From Candidatus Vogelbacteria bacterium RIFOXYD1_FULL_51_18 (lineage in GTDB: Bacteria; Patescibacteriota; Minisyncoccia; Phycocordibacterales; UBA9988), in contig MHTL01000002.1 in the NCBI GenBank assembly GCA_001823095.1, positions 1 through 49,598 of the forward strand: DNA of 49,598 nt. The letters run 5' to 3'. The position numbers and the translations under genes were made by a program. Positions 17,838-28,343 of this stretch are shown piece after piece. The first letter of the stretch is position 1; each line of letters opens with the position of its first letter. Under the pieces are notes generated by a model. The model was not told the DNA's origin. It made no database searches and saw only the letters and a program-made list of their open reading frames with translations.

Positions 17838-19656
17838 CACACAACGGACCTGCGTAACCGGCAGGCGGGGATTAACGCTCGTAGAAGTGCTCGTCGGCAT
17901 CGCCATTTTTCTCATCATCTCTCTCGGCATTTACGAGGGCTATGCTGGCATCATGAGGCTCGTCGGCGCGTCAAAAATCCGCACGCTCGCCATGCTTGCG
18001 GCCAATGAGGAGATTGAGCTTATCCGAAATTTTCCTTACGGAGATGTCGGCATTGAGCAGGGAATCCCGCTGGGCATCATCCCTCGTGAGCAAACGGTAG
18101 TTAAGGGCGGGGTGAGCTTTCTCCTGCGCACTACGGTGCGCAACATTGACGACCCTTTTGACGGGACCATCGGCGGGAGCCCCAACGATCTCTCGCCCGC
18201 TGATTACAAGCAGGTTGCCATTGATGTTGGCTGTCCTGCCTGCAAAAATTTTTCCACCACTACCGTTACCACAACGATTGCCCCGAAAAATCTTGAGAGC
18301 ACAGGGAGCAACGGCGCGCTCTTTATCATCGTCTTTGACGCCAATGGTGTCGGCATTCCCGGCGCAAGCGTCCATATTGAAAATCCAAGCGCCTCTCCCG
18401 CGATTGTCATCAATGAGCTCACCAACAACGACGGCATGCTCCAGCTTGTTGATGTTCCGCCCGGAACCTTTGCATACCAAATTACCGTGACCAAGGCCGG
18501 CTATTCAACGGCGCGCACCTATCCCGTTGACGATCCTGATAATCCCAATCCCTCGCAGGTTCATGCGACGGTCGCTACGGGGGCGCTCACCGAGATGAGC
18601 TTTGCCATTGATCAGGTGTCTACACTCTTGGTTGAAACAGTACGCGAGAACTGCGAAGCGGTTCCGGATTCTTCTTTTACCCTCCATGGGGCAAAAACAG
18701 TCGGCACTGACCCGACCATCTACAAATACGACCAGAGCCATGTGACGGGGAGCGATGGCAGGACAACCATAAATTCCTTGGAGTGGGATACCTACACTCC
18801 CGCGCTCACTGAAAGCTCGCTGGACTTTGCGGGCTCGTTGCCCCTCTCTCCTTTTGCGCTCAATCCCGGAGCGGAACTGACGCTGCGACTGGTGATAGCC
18901 ACAAAGGACTCAAACACGCTTTTGGTGACCGTAAAGGATGTGGCAGGAGGACTTCCGCTCTCCGATGCGACAGTTATACTCTCTCGGACGGGATTTTCAG
19001 AATCAAAAGTGACGAATCGCGGTCATCTGACTCAAACAGACTGGTCGGGCGGCGGCGGACAGGTTCTCTATAATGATGAGACAAAGTATTACAACGCGAA
19101 TTCAATTGATAACGGGGGCGGCGGCGGAGTGCCCGCCGGCGAGCTTGCGCTTGCGACTGTGCTGGAACAATACGCAAGCGCCGGGAATCTGGAGTCATCC
19201 GTTATGGATACTGGCGGCGCTTCCACGACCTACTACACGCTACTCTGGGAGCCCGGCAACCAAGCGACTTCTACGGGAACGGAGAGCATCAGGTTCCAAA
19301 TAGCCACAGGCAATGATCCTGCAACGACTACATGGAATTATCGCGGTCCTGACGGGAGCTCCGGGAGTTACTACAGCATCTCAAACGGCAGTATCAGCGC
19401 GACGCACAGCAACGAGCGCTACCTGCGCTACACACTACTCCTGCAAACTGCGGATACCTCGGTGAGTCCGTCATTGAGCAATCTGTCGGTGACCTACGGC
19501 TCGCTCTGCACTCCCTACGGCCAGGCGCTCTTCCAGGGGCTTGAGCTTGGAACCTACACGGTGACCGTCGGGCGAGCGGGGTACCAAACCTACACCAATG
19601 ACAGCGTCTCCATTGGCGGCGCGTGGCAAGGGCTAGACGTCTCACTTTCACCATGA
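17824..19656 (+). CDS. Large minor pilin with beta-sandwich (carboxypeptidase-regulatory-like) domains
   Basis: Class III signal RRG|LTLVEVLV; repeated G.Y..TV.KAGY motifs. Confidence 0.85.
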   Translation: MQSSSTQRTCVTGRRGLTLVEVLVGIAIFLIISLGIYEGYAGIMRLVGASKIRTLAMLAANEEIELIRNFPYGDVGIEQGIPLGIIPREQTVVKGGVSFLLRTTVRNIDDPFDGTIGGSPNDLSPADYKQVAIDVGCPACKNFSTTTVTTTIAPKNLESTGSNGALFIIVFDANGVGIPGASVHIENPSASPAIVINELTNNDGMLQLVDVPPGTFAYQITVTKAGYSTARTYPVDDPDNPNPSQVHATVATGALTEMSFAIDQVSTLLVETVRENCEAVPDSSFTLHGAKTVGTDPTIYKYDQSHVTGSDGRTTINSLEWDTYTPALTESSLDFAGSLPLSPFALNPGAELTLRLVIATKDSNTLLVTVKDVAGGLPLSDATVILSRTGFSESKVTNRGHLTQTDWSGGGGQVLYNDETKYYNANSIDNGGGGGVPAGELALATVLEQYASAGNLESSVMDTGGASTTYYTLLWEPGNQATSTGTESIRFQIATGNDPATTTWNYRGPDGSSGSYYSISNGSISATHSNERYLRYTLLLQTADTSVSPSLSNLSVTYGSLCTPYGQALFQGLELGTYTVTVGRAGYQTYTNDSVSIGGAWQGLDVSLSP

Positions 19657-20288
19657 TGCATAACATGTCACAGGTGAAAGTGGTTACCGTAAGCCCGTCG
19701 AAGGGGTTCAGTCTTGTAGAAATGCTTGTTGTGATTGGAATTCTCGGCATCATCGGACTTGCGCTCTCAAACTTTCAAGTAGACGTATGGAGGCAGAACG
19801 CGGCGCAGCAGTCGGCGCTTGAGGCGGAAGGAGAACTGCGCAATACGCTCCGGCAATTTATGCATGATGTGCGCGGCGCCTCGCAGAGCAATACCGGCAG
19901 TTACGCAGTAGAGCTTGCCTCAAGCGCTGCGCTCACCATCTACAGCGACGTGGATGGTGATGTGAACCGAGAGCGCGTGCGCTACCGGCTCGTCAATGGC
20001 ACGGTCACCCGCGGCACTACCAAGCCGACGGGATCGCCGGCGAGCTACCTTGACGCAAATGAGAGCATACAGACCATGGTGCGCTCCGTGGCGACTGCCA
20101 CAACGCGCTTTGATTACTTTGACGGGAGCTATATGGGCACAACATCTCCGCTTACTGTCCCCGTTGACCACTCGCGCGTGCGCTTCATCCGTTTTACCAT
20201 TGCCGTAGACAAGGATCCCTCTCTCCCGCCTGCGGCGATTACCATGACGGGCTCCGCTGTCGTGCGCAGTCTCAAAGATAATTTTTAA
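19653..20288 (+). CDS. Minor pilin (PilW/GspJ-like)
   Basis: KG|FSLVEMLVV prepilin cleavage/methylation motif. Confidence 0.88.
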   Translation: MMHNMSQVKVVTVSPSKGFSLVEMLVVIGILGIIGLALSNFQVDVWRQNAAQQSALEAEGELRNTLRQFMHDVRGASQSNTGSYAVELASSAALTIYSDVDGDVNRERVRYRLVNGTVTRGTTKPTGSPASYLDANESIQTMVRSVATATTRFDYFDGSYMGTTSPLTVPVDHSRVRFIRFTIAVDKDPSLPPAAITMTGSAVVRSLKDNF

Positions 20289-20290
20289 TC

Positions 20291-21736
20291 ATGCGCAAAA
20301 TACCTCTCCAGCGCGGCTACCTCATCATCCACACCATCGTCTATGGAGCTATTGCGCTTATCCTTATCACCGGGCTCGCCAACTGGGGGAGCGTTAATAT
20401 CCGCGCCGGGCGCGATGCGGCGTTGCGCGAGCAGGCCTTCCAGATTGCCGAGGCGGGCATTGAGTACTACCGCTGGCACCTCGCGCACGCTTCTACCGAC
20501 TATCAGGACGGCGCTGGCGCCCCCGGGCCCTACGTGCACGAGTACCGTGATGCGACCGGAGCAGTGATCGGGACCTTTACGCTCACCATCACTCCGCCGC
20601 CAGTTGGCTCTACACTCGTCATTGTGGTCTCGGAAGGAGTCGTAACCGCAAATCCTTCCATCACGCGCCGCATTGAAGCAAAGTTTGCCATTCCCTCCAT
20701 CGCCAAGTTTGCCTTTGTTGCCAATTCCAAGATGCGTTTTGGCGCGGGAACGGAAGTGTTTGGCCCTATCCACTCCAATGACGGTATCCGCTTTGACGGG
20801 TTGGCGCACAATCTGGTGACGAGCTTTAAATATAGCTACGACGACCCTGACCACAGCGGCGCCGACGAGTACGGCGTACACACGCATCTCTCTCCCAGCG
20901 ACCCTGTCCCGCCTGTGCCACCACCGCCCGGCACGCCGCCCTCGCGCACGGATGTTTTTATATCGGGGCGGCAAGTAAGCGTACCGGCAGTGGACTGGAA
21001 CGGATTTACTCAAGACCTTTCGCAGATGAAGACCGATGCGCAGACAAGCGGGCGCTATTTTGCGGGATCGGGCGCGCTGGGCTACAACATCGTGCTTAAG
21101 ACGGACGATACCTTTGACCTCTACACGGTGACGAGCCTCGTGAGCCCTCAATCAAACTGCTATAACTCGCAGAACCAGAGCGGTTGGGGAACCTGGAGTA
21201 TTGCCAGTGAGACCCTGCTGGGCAATTACGCCTTCCCCGCGAACGGACTCGTCTTCCTTGAAGACAACGTATGGGTTGAGGGAACGATTTCCAGTGCGCG
21301 GCTCACCATTGCGGCGGGGCGCTTCCCTGAAAGCTCGTCAACAAATGCCAATATCATCGTCAATGAGGACATCCGTTACACTAACTACGACGGCGCTGAC
21401 GTGCTAGGTCTCATTGCGCAGGGTAATATAAATGTCGGGCTAGTGAGCAATGATGTGCTTACCATAGACGCGGCAATTGTTGCAAAAAATGGCCGCGCGG
21501 GGCGCTACTACTATCGCTACGCGTTCTCAAAAAGCTGTTCGCCTTACCACCAACGCGATACCATCAACCTCTTTGGCATGATCGCTACCAAGGAGCGTTA
21601 CGGCTTTGCCTACACGGACGGCAATGGCTACGAAACACGTAACATCATTTACGACGGGAACCTTCTCTATGGTCCGCCGCCCTCCTTCCCGCTCACCTCG
21701 GACCAGTACCAGACAATTTCCTGGCGGGAGCTCTGA
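20291..21736 (+). CDS. PilX-like minor pilin
   Basis: RG|YLIIHT (no Glu5), QAFQIAEAGIE PilX-type motif. Confidence 0.82.
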   Translation: MRKIPLQRGYLIIHTIVYGAIALILITGLANWGSVNIRAGRDAALREQAFQIAEAGIEYYRWHLAHASTDYQDGAGAPGPYVHEYRDATGAVIGTFTLTITPPPVGSTLVIVVSEGVVTANPSITRRIEAKFAIPSIAKFAFVANSKMRFGAGTEVFGPIHSNDGIRFDGLAHNLVTSFKYSYDDPDHSGADEYGVHTHLSPSDPVPPVPPPPGTPPSRTDVFISGRQVSVPAVDWNGFTQDLSQMKTDAQTSGRYFAGSGALGYNIVLKTDDTFDLYTVTSLVSPQSNCYNSQNQSGWGTWSIASETLLGNYAFPANGLVFLEDNVWVEGTISSARLTIAAGRFPESSSTNANIIVNEDIRYTNYDGADVLGLIAQGNINVGLVSNDVLTIDAAIVAKNGRAGRYYYRYAFSKSCSPYHQRDTINLFGMIATKERYGFAYTDGNGYETRNIIYDGNLLYGPPPSFPLTSDQYQTISWREL

Positions 21737-21753
21737 TGCGCTATACTGGGATG

Positions 21754-22563
21754 ATGAGAGATAGTATCCTTGCCTGTAATTGGAAGATGAATCCCGGGCG
21801 CCGCCACGAGGCGGAGACCCTCTACCAAGGGCTCGTAGCCGCAAGTAAGGCGCTTAAAGCTTCTGAAATCTGGATTGCTCCGCCTACGCCCTTTATAGAT
21901 GGCTTGCGCGAACGGCGGATTTTCAAGCGGCTCTCTCTGGGGGCTCAAGACTGCTCGCGCTTTACGATGGGCGCCCACACCGGGGAGGTGAGCGCTGCAA
22001 TGCTCAAGGAGGCGGGCGCACAATTTGTGATTGTCGGACACTCCGAGCGCCGCGCCATGGGGGAGAGCGATACGGACGTGAATACGAAGGTGCAGTATGC
22101 GCTGAAGGCAAGAATCACCGTGCTTCTGTGTGTGGGAGAAAAGCTCCGTGACGGAGATGGGGAGTACCTTGCGGTTATCGCGAGCCAAGTGAGGAGCGCA
22201 CTCATGGGCGTGCCCAAGAGCGCCTCGTGCCGCCTCGTGATTGCCTATGAGCCGGTGTGGGCCATTGGTGAGCATGCGGCGGCGCCCGCAACCCCGGAGG
22301 ATTTCAGAAGCGTCTCCATCTACATTAAAAAAGTGGTCAGCGAGCAGGTGGGCGCTGGCGCCGCGCTCTCGGTGCCGGTTCTCTACGGCGGCTCGGTGTC
22401 AAAAGACAATGCTATGGGTTTCTTGGACGAGGGGCATGCGGACGGGCTCCTCATCGGGAGGGAGTCGCTCAAACTCTCTGCCATGAAGACAATCATCGCT
22501 GATGCCGAAGCGCTCGGGCGGGCGCGGGCACAGAGAAGCAGAAAACATGAGAGAACTCGCTAA
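21754..22563 (+). CDS. tpiA: Triosephosphate isomerase
   Basis: NWKMN, GHSERR, AYEPVWAIG, YGGSV. Confidence 0.96.
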   Translation: MRDSILACNWKMNPGRRHEAETLYQGLVAASKALKASEIWIAPPTPFIDGLRERRIFKRLSLGAQDCSRFTMGAHTGEVSAAMLKEAGAQFVIVGHSERRAMGESDTDVNTKVQYALKARITVLLCVGEKLRDGDGEYLAVIASQVRSALMGVPKSASCRLVIAYEPVWAIGEHAAAPATPEDFRSVSIYIKKVVSEQVGAGAALSVPVLYGGSVSKDNAMGFLDEGHADGLLIGRESLKLSAMKTIIADAEALGRARAQRSRKHERTR

Positions 22564-23668
22564 GCTTAAAGAGAAAAGCCTGCGCGGGAAGCATGTGCTC
22601 CTGCGCCTTGACCTTAATGTTCCTATTGAAGAGGGAAGGGTGATTGATCGCTTTCGCCTTGACCGCGCGCTCCCGACAATTGCGTCCTTGCGCAAGGCCG
22701 GCGCCAAGACCATTATCCTCTCTCATCTCGGGCGTGCGGGGGGCTCGCTCCTGCCAGTGGCTCGCGAGCTCAACAGCGTTATTGACGCGGGCTTTATCCC
22801 CGCGCCTCTGCGGGAGGTGCACAAAACTTTGCGCGAACTCGGAGACGGCGGTGTGGTGCTCTTGGAGAACCTGCGGCGCGACCCCGGGGAGGAAAAGGGG
22901 AGCGCGGCCTTTGCAAAGGCGCTTGCCGCGCTCGGGAATATCTATGTCAACGACGCCTTCTCCGTTTCGCACCGCAAGCATGCGAGCGTGTACGCCCTGC
23001 CGCGGCTCCTCCCTCACTATGCGGGACCCTTGTTTGTGGAAGAGGTGAGTAATTTAAAAAAGGCCTTTAGCCCGCGGCACCCCTTTGTGCTGATTTTGGG
23101 TGGCGCAAAGTTTGAGACCAAGGTGCCCGTGCTCAAAAGATTTTTAAAGATCGCCGACCGCATTGTGGTGGTGGGAGCCATCGCGCATGCCTTCTTTAGG
23201 GCGCAAGGTTGTGAGCTCGGCAAATCGCGCATAGACAAGAGCGTGTCGGCAAAACCCTTCCTGCGGGCGGTGAAAGACGGACGCATTATCCTCCCGTCCG
23301 ACGCGCTTGTCTCTAATGGCTCTGCGGTTGAGGGAAAGGCGGTGACTGCGCTCGCGAAGGGGGACACGATTGTTGATATCGGACCGCAGGGGATTGAGGA
23401 GCTGCGCAGAGCGCTCAAGGGCGCGAAGATGATTCTCTGGAATGGCCCTTCGGGCAACTACGAGAGCGGCTACGGCGGTGGGACGGTGGCCATCGCGCGC
23501 ATGATTGCACGCTCCTCCGCATACTCTATCGTGGGAGGCGGCGATACCGTCACCGCTGTGCAGAAGACAGGGCTCATATCCAAATTTGATTTTGTCTCCA
23601 CCGGCGGCGGAGCCATGTTGAGCTACCTCGCCACTGGAACTCTCCCGGGTATTGAGGCACTTGACTGA
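22547..23668 (+). CDS. pgk: Phosphoglycerate kinase
   Basis: RLDLNVP, SHLGR, LLENLR, YVNDAF, GGGDT, STGGGA. Confidence 0.96.
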   Translation: MRELAKLKEKSLRGKHVLLRLDLNVPIEEGRVIDRFRLDRALPTIASLRKAGAKTIILSHLGRAGGSLLPVARELNSVIDAGFIPAPLREVHKTLRELGDGGVVLLENLRRDPGEEKGSAAFAKALAALGNIYVNDAFSVSHRKHASVYALPRLLPHYAGPLFVEEVSNLKKAFSPRHPFVLILGGAKFETKVPVLKRFLKIADRIVVVGAIAHAFFRAQGCELGKSRIDKSVSAKPFLRAVKDGRIILPSDALVSNGSAVEGKAVTALAKGDTIVDIGPQGIEELRRALKGAKMILWNGPSGNYESGYGGGTVAIARMIARSSAYSIVGGGDTVTAVQKTGLISKFDFVSTGGGAMLSYLATGTLPGIEALD

Positions 23669-23686
23669 AGTCTGACTCCAGTCAAT
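23661..23686. repeat. REP-like palindrome, copy 1 (TTGACTGRAGTCTGACTCCAGTCAAT)
   Basis: 25/26 identical to the copy at 35622-35647. Confidence 0.75.
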
Positions 23687-23720
23687 CAACTTGCCGCTAT
23701 CAGTTCATCTGATGGCGGTT

Positions 23721-24167
23721 TTATTTTACCACGCTGGAATCTGATGAAGGCGGGTTTGCCAATTCTGCTCTGATTGTGGCGGCGGCAGTGGAGAGCTCGG
23801 TGGGAGAAACATCTTCTTTGCCTCCCCAGTGCACGTGCCCATCATCCTTATAGCGCGGCATGATGTGCACATGAGAATGGAATATGAGTTGTCCCGCGGC
23901 CCCCTCGTTATTCCAACCAATGTTAATGCCGTCAGCTTTAGTTGAGGACTGTATTGCTGTTGCAAGCTTTTGTAGAACTGGCCCTACTTCACGCAAGAGT
24001 TTTGCCGGCATATCAAAGAGATTGCGATAGTGCTTTTTAGATACAAGGAGTGTATGCCCCACATGGAGGGGCTTGATGTCTAAAAACGCCACAAAGCGTT
24101 CATCCTCGTAGACTTTCTCGGCAGGAATAGCCCCTGCTATAATCTTGCAAAAGACGCAGTCCTCCAT
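23721..24167 (-). CDS. HIT family nucleotide hydrolase
   Basis: MEDCVFCKII, FLDIKP, GHTL, FHSHVHIMPR. Confidence 0.93.
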   Translation of the reverse strand: MEDCVFCKIIAGAIPAEKVYEDERFVAFLDIKPLHVGHTLLVSKKHYRNLFDMPAKLLREVGPVLQKLATAIQSSTKADGINIGWNNEGAAGQLIFHSHVHIMPRYKDDGHVHWGGKEDVSPTELSTAAATIRAELANPPSSDSSVVK

Positions 24168-24197
24168 GCCACCAGTATATGCTACAATGCTCTCGTT

Positions 24198-25877
24198 ATG
24201 AAGCGAGAACTCGACGACCTTTTGGAAATCCTCCTCACCCGCCGTGGCATCTCTTCCGACGAGCGAGAGCGCTTTCTCCACCCATCTTACGAACGCGACC
24301 TACACGACCCTTTCCTCTTCTCACACATGGAACGCGCAACAGAGCGCATCCTCTCGGGGATCGCGCGTGGCGAGCAGATTGCCATCTTTGGCGATTACGA
24401 CGCCGACGGCGTGCCCGGCACTGCCGTCCTCGCCTCGTGGTTTAGAAAAGTTGGCGCTCCCGCTCGCATCTACATCCCCAATCGCCACACCGAGGACTAC
24501 GGCTTAAGCGAGCGGGCCCTCCGCGAGCTTGCCGGCGGAAGCGTAACGCTGCTCATCACCGTCGATTGCGGCATCAGCAACGCCGCAGAAGTGGCGCTTG
24601 CGAAGGAGCTGGGTATGGACGTTATTATTACCGATCACCATCTCCCTCCGGAGATACTTCCGGACGCGTATGCGATTCTCAATCCCAAGTGTGATGGAGA
24701 GAACTACCCCTTCAAAGAACTCTCTGGCGCCGGAGTGGCGTTTAAGTTTGTGCAGGCACTCGTGCGTTGTCCCGACGCCCCCGCCGTTGGCGGGGTAAAC
24801 TGGGAAAAGTGGCTCCTTGACCTGGTGGCCATAGCCACCATCTCCGACATGGTGCCGCTCTCGGGCGAGAATCGCGTGCTTGCCTACTTTGGCCTCTCGG
24901 TACTGCGGCAGACGCGGCGGCCGGGACTCCGCGCCCTCCTCAATGAATTACGGGTGAATCCAGCCGAGCTTACCGAGGACGACATTGGCTACCTCATCGG
25001 GCCCCGCATTAATTCAGCAAGCCGGATGAGCCACGCCATGCACGCCTTCACCTTGCTTATGACGGAAGACATGCGTGAGGCGCAGGCGCTTGCGCGCGAG
25101 CTTGAGGCACAGAACCGCGAGCGCAAAGAATTGGTGGAGGTGATAATGGAACATGCGCACGGGCTCCTTGACGCATCTACGCTCCCGTCCTTGATTGTTG
25201 TCGGCCACGGGGGATGGAGTCTCGGCGTACTCGGTCTTGCCGCGAGCCGTCTGGTAGAGACCTATCATCGTCCGGTTTTTGTATGGGGAATCAATGAGGA
25301 CGGATTCATGAAAGGCTCCTGCCGTTCTGACGGCACGGTGAATGTGGTTGAGCTTATGCGGAGCGTTGGGGAGGGAGGACTCTTTGCAAACTACGGCGGG
25401 CATCGCGAGGCTGGTGGCTTTATGGTGGCCGAGGGGAGGGAGCATGAGCTTGCCGAGCGTCTCATCGCGGCCTACGAACTTTTGAAAAAGCCGGCATCTC
25501 TAAATGGAGGCATCAAAACGGACTGTACGCTCTCGCTCTCCGATGTGACGCAGGACACCTACAACATCATTATCCGGCTGGCCCCCTTTGGTATGGGGAA
25601 TGAAAAGCCGCTCTTCCTCTTTGAGGGGGTGGAGGTTGCTGGCGTGCGCAACTTTGGCGTTAAGAATGCACACGTGGAACTTCTCGTACGCTCCGCTACT
25701 TGCCCCGCCAGAGGCGTGGTTCCCGCTATCGGATTTTTTGCGCGGCGGACAGTGCCACACGCGCATACGCTTAAGGAGTGCGATTGGGTTGATGTGGTGG
25801 CGCATCTGGATCGTTCCACATACCGATCCCGCCCGACGCTCCGCCTGCGGCTCGTGGATGTCTCGCGCGTGGCATGA
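24198..25877 (+). CDS. recJ: ssDNA-specific exonuclease RecJ
   Basis: GDYDADG, ITVDCG, ITDHH, PRINSASR, GSCRS, GGH. Confidence 0.95.
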   Translation: MKRELDDLLEILLTRRGISSDERERFLHPSYERDLHDPFLFSHMERATERILSGIARGEQIAIFGDYDADGVPGTAVLASWFRKVGAPARIYIPNRHTEDYGLSERALRELAGGSVTLLITVDCGISNAAEVALAKELGMDVIITDHHLPPEILPDAYAILNPKCDGENYPFKELSGAGVAFKFVQALVRCPDAPAVGGVNWEKWLLDLVAIATISDMVPLSGENRVLAYFGLSVLRQTRRPGLRALLNELRVNPAELTEDDIGYLIGPRINSASRMSHAMHAFTLLMTEDMREAQALARELEAQNRERKELVEVIMEHAHGLLDASTLPSLIVVGHGGWSLGVLGLAASRLVETYHRPVFVWGINEDGFMKGSCRSDGTVNVVELMRSVGEGGLFANYGGHREAGGFMVAEGREHELAERLIAAYELLKKPASLNGGIKTDCTLSLSDVTQDTYNIIIRLAPFGMGNEKPLFLFEGVEVAGVRNFGVKNAHVELLVRSATCPARGVVPAIGFFARRTVPHAHTLKECDWVDVVAHLDRSTYRSRPTLRLRLVDVSRVA

Positions 25878-26287
25878 TAGCGCTCTACACAGACGGCGGC
25901 GCGCGTGGCAATCCCGGGATTGCCGGCGCAGGCGTGCATATCCAGAACGAAGAGAGCGAGACGATTGAGGATTGCAGTAAGGCGCTGGGGACAGCTACCA
26001 ACAACGAGGCGGAGTATCACGCCGTCATCCTCGGTCTCTCGCGGCTTATAGAGCGCTACGGAGGGGCGCTTACAGGGATGCAGGTGGAGCTGAAGTTAGA
26101 CAGCGAGCTGATTGGACGTCAGCTCATAGGGACGTATCGCGTCAAGAGCCCTAGACTGCGCGCGCTTTATAATGAGGTGACCCGCCTGCGACACTCCGTG
26201 CCGCTCTTGACCATTACCACCATCCCGCGCGAGGAGAACAAAATAGCAGATAAACTTGCAAATAAAGCGATGGACGGACAAAAGTAA
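25874..26287 (+). CDS. Ribonuclease HI family protein
   Basis: YTDGGARGNPG, TNNEAEY, DSEL, PREENKIADKLAN. Confidence 0.92.
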   Translation: MIALYTDGGARGNPGIAGAGVHIQNEESETIEDCSKALGTATNNEAEYHAVILGLSRLIERYGGALTGMQVELKLDSELIGRQLIGTYRVKSPRLRALYNEVTRLRHSVPLLTITTIPREENKIADKLANKAMDGQK

Positions 26288-26370
26288 GGTTCGCACTATT
26301 CATTTTTTTTCGCGCTTTACCCGCCGTGGCGGGCTCCGACGCGACTCAAAAAATGAACAGCGCTCACCTT
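26286..26370. repeat. Long interrupted hairpin with nested CCCGCCGTGGCGGG palindrome
   Basis: AAGGT..TTCATTTTTT..TCGCG / CGCGA..AAAAAATGAA..ACCTT; inner palindrome 26320-26333. Confidence 0.6.
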
Positions 26371-26375
26371 CTTCA

Positions 26376-26870
26376 TTAAAAAAATCTGACCAGTGCAAGT
26401 GCTCCTGCAAGAATCAACAGCTGTGAAATTACTGCGCTAGCACTCCACCGCAATTTTTTTGAATGCATAAAATCTTGGAAGTCTTGGTTCCATTGCAAAA
26501 ATCGTGAAGGAAATCCTGCGTGGAGAGCCGAGAGGAGGTCAGGGAGAATTGAACCAAGTCCAAGGAGGAAGAGGGGGAGAGGGTGTGCGAGAAAATTTTC
26601 CAGTCCAAGCGCCGCGACAGCAAGCGTTGCGCCGAGCGCTATGTCAAAGCCGACCCGCCCGCAGTCGTGGATGAGAAAATCCAAGAGATTGAAGCGCGGC
26701 GGGTTGGGCCCCTCATTAAACGCATAGCGCAGTTTATAGTCGTAGTGGGGGACGGTATCGGCGAGGTAGTGGCTCCCCAGCGCAAACGCAAAAAGCGCCA
26801 CAGGCGGCACTGCGCCAACGAAGGGCGCTCCGAGAGCGCCGGCAATGGCAATATGCGTGGCGAGTGTCAT
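26376..26870 (-). CDS. Membrane protein, putative metal-dependent hydrolase (YdjM-like)
   Basis: MTLATH, SHYLADTVPH, GSILPD, H near C-terminus; hydrophobic. Confidence 0.7.
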   Translation of the reverse strand: MTLATHIAIAGALGAPFVGAVPPVALFAFALGSHYLADTVPHYDYKLRYAFNEGPNPPRFNLLDFLIHDCGRVGFDIALGATLAVAALGLENFLAHPLPLFLLGLGSILPDLLSALHAGFPSRFLQWNQDFQDFMHSKKLRWSASAVISQLLILAGALALVRFF

Positions 26871-26931
26871 GGCAACTAGTGTAGCAAAAGAGACTTGCCA
26901 CGGCGAAGCCAATGTGGATTATACTGGGTAG

Positions 26932-28308
26932 ATGCTCGCGCTCCTTATTGGCGCCGCGCTCGCACTCTATGGGTGGAGGGTGGGAGACCGGGCGATTTCC
27001 CTCATAGGGTTTGCGATTTTTGTGCTCGGACTTGGGTTTTTACGTTATGCGGCGCTCACAGGGGAGAGCTCTCTCCCCCACTATGGCCGAACTGTGCTTA
27101 CCGGCACGATTATTGACTACCCGGACCAGCGCGAGAGCTCGGTGCGCGTGGTCATAGAGCCGGAAGGTGAACACGAGCGCGTGCTCGTAATGGCTCCCGT
27201 AGGGACGCAACTTGTCTACGGCGATACGGTGCGGGTCACGGGCGCCATTGCAGTGCCAAAAAATTTTAAGACCGATACCGGAAGGGACTTTGACTACACA
27301 GGGTATCTGCGGCGGCAGGGGATTAGCCGCGAAATTTCTTTTGCGGATATAGAAGTGCTTGAACCGGCAAGTCTCTCGCTCAAAGGAGCGCTTTTTGCAT
27401 TCCGTCGCGCGATTGAAAAGCAATTGCACCAAACCCTCTCCGAGCCGGAAGGCTCGCTCGCGCTCGGCATGCTCCTGGGCGGCAAGGCGGGACTCGGAGA
27501 TGAACTTACCAAAGTGTTCCAGCGCGCGGGCATCATCCATATTGTTGTCCTCTCGGGCTACAACATTATGCTTGTTGCGGAGGGAGCGCGCCTCGCGCTT
27601 GCGCGCGCACCCTTCTTTGCGCGGATGACGGGGAGCGGGACATTTGTCGTTCTCTTTGTGCTTATGGCGGGAGCCGAGCCGGCGGCGCTGCGCGCAGGCG
27701 CCATGGCGCTCATCGCGCTCCTCGCCCGCGCGACGGGGAGGCCATACACGGCCCTGCGCGCGCTTACGATTACCGCCGCCGCCATGACGCTGTGGAATCC
27801 GCTCATTCTCACACATGACCCGGGCTTTATTCTATCGGTGCTGGCAACGCTCGGTATCATTCTCTTGACTGACCCTATTTCAAAAAAATTCTCACGGATT
27901 AGGTGGAAGTTTTTGCGCGAGATTCTTGCAACAAGCACTGCCGCATATGCCGCGGTGCTCCCGTACCTGGCGCTCCAGATCGGCGCAGTGAGCACGGTGG
28001 CGCTCCTCGTTAACCCGCTGGTGCTCCCGCTTGTTCCGCTTGCCATGGCGCTTGGCACCGCCACCGCCGTGCTCGCGTTTGTAAGCCCCGCTCTTGCGCT
28101 CGTCACGGCGCTACCGCTCATTCTCATCCTGCGCATTATGATTGCTGTTGCCCGCGCCTTTGCCGCGCTCCCTCTTGCCTCGCTCACCGTCCCCGCATGG
28201 AGCGGGTATGCGCCGATGTTCGTGTATGTTGGTGTGGGAGTGTGGTATTGGTGGTATAGAAAAAGAAAAAGCCCCGACACGCTTGCGCGATCGGGGCAAA
28301 TAAACTAA
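26932..28308 (+). CDS. comEC: ComEC/Rec2 DNA-uptake channel (DUF4131-like OB plus Competence domain)
   Basis: FDYTGYL, GIIHIVVLSGYN, RAGAM, DPGFILS. Confidence 0.92.
   Translation: MLALLIGAALALYGWRVGDRAISLIGFAIFVLGLGFLRYAALTGESSLPHYGRTVLTGTIIDYPDQRESSVRVVIEPEGEHERVLVMAPVGTQLVYGDTVRVTGAIAVPKNFKTDTGRDFDYTGYLRRQGISREISFADIEVLEPASLSLKGALFAFRRAIEKQLHQTLSEPEGSLALGMLLGGKAGLGDELTKVFQRAGIIHIVVLSGYNIMLVAEGARLALARAPFFARMTGSGTFVVLFVLMAGAEPAALRAGAMALIALLARATGRPYTALRALTITAAAMTLWNPLILTHDPGFILSVLATLGIILLTDPISKKFSRIRWKFLREILATSTAAYAAVLPYLALQIGAVSTVALLVNPLVLPLVPLAMALGTATAVLAFVSPALALVTALPLILILRIMIAVARAFAALPLASLTVPAWSGYAPMFVYVGVGVWYWWYRKRKSPDTLARSGQIN
28271..28297 (-). terminator. Terminator for the 28344-29888 gene, inside the comEC 3' end
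   Basis: GCCCCGA...TCGGGGC followed by TTTTTCTTTT on the minus strand. Confidence 0.55.
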
Positions 28309-28343
28309 CTTGATACTTGAGACTTGGCGCTTAAGCCCCTATC

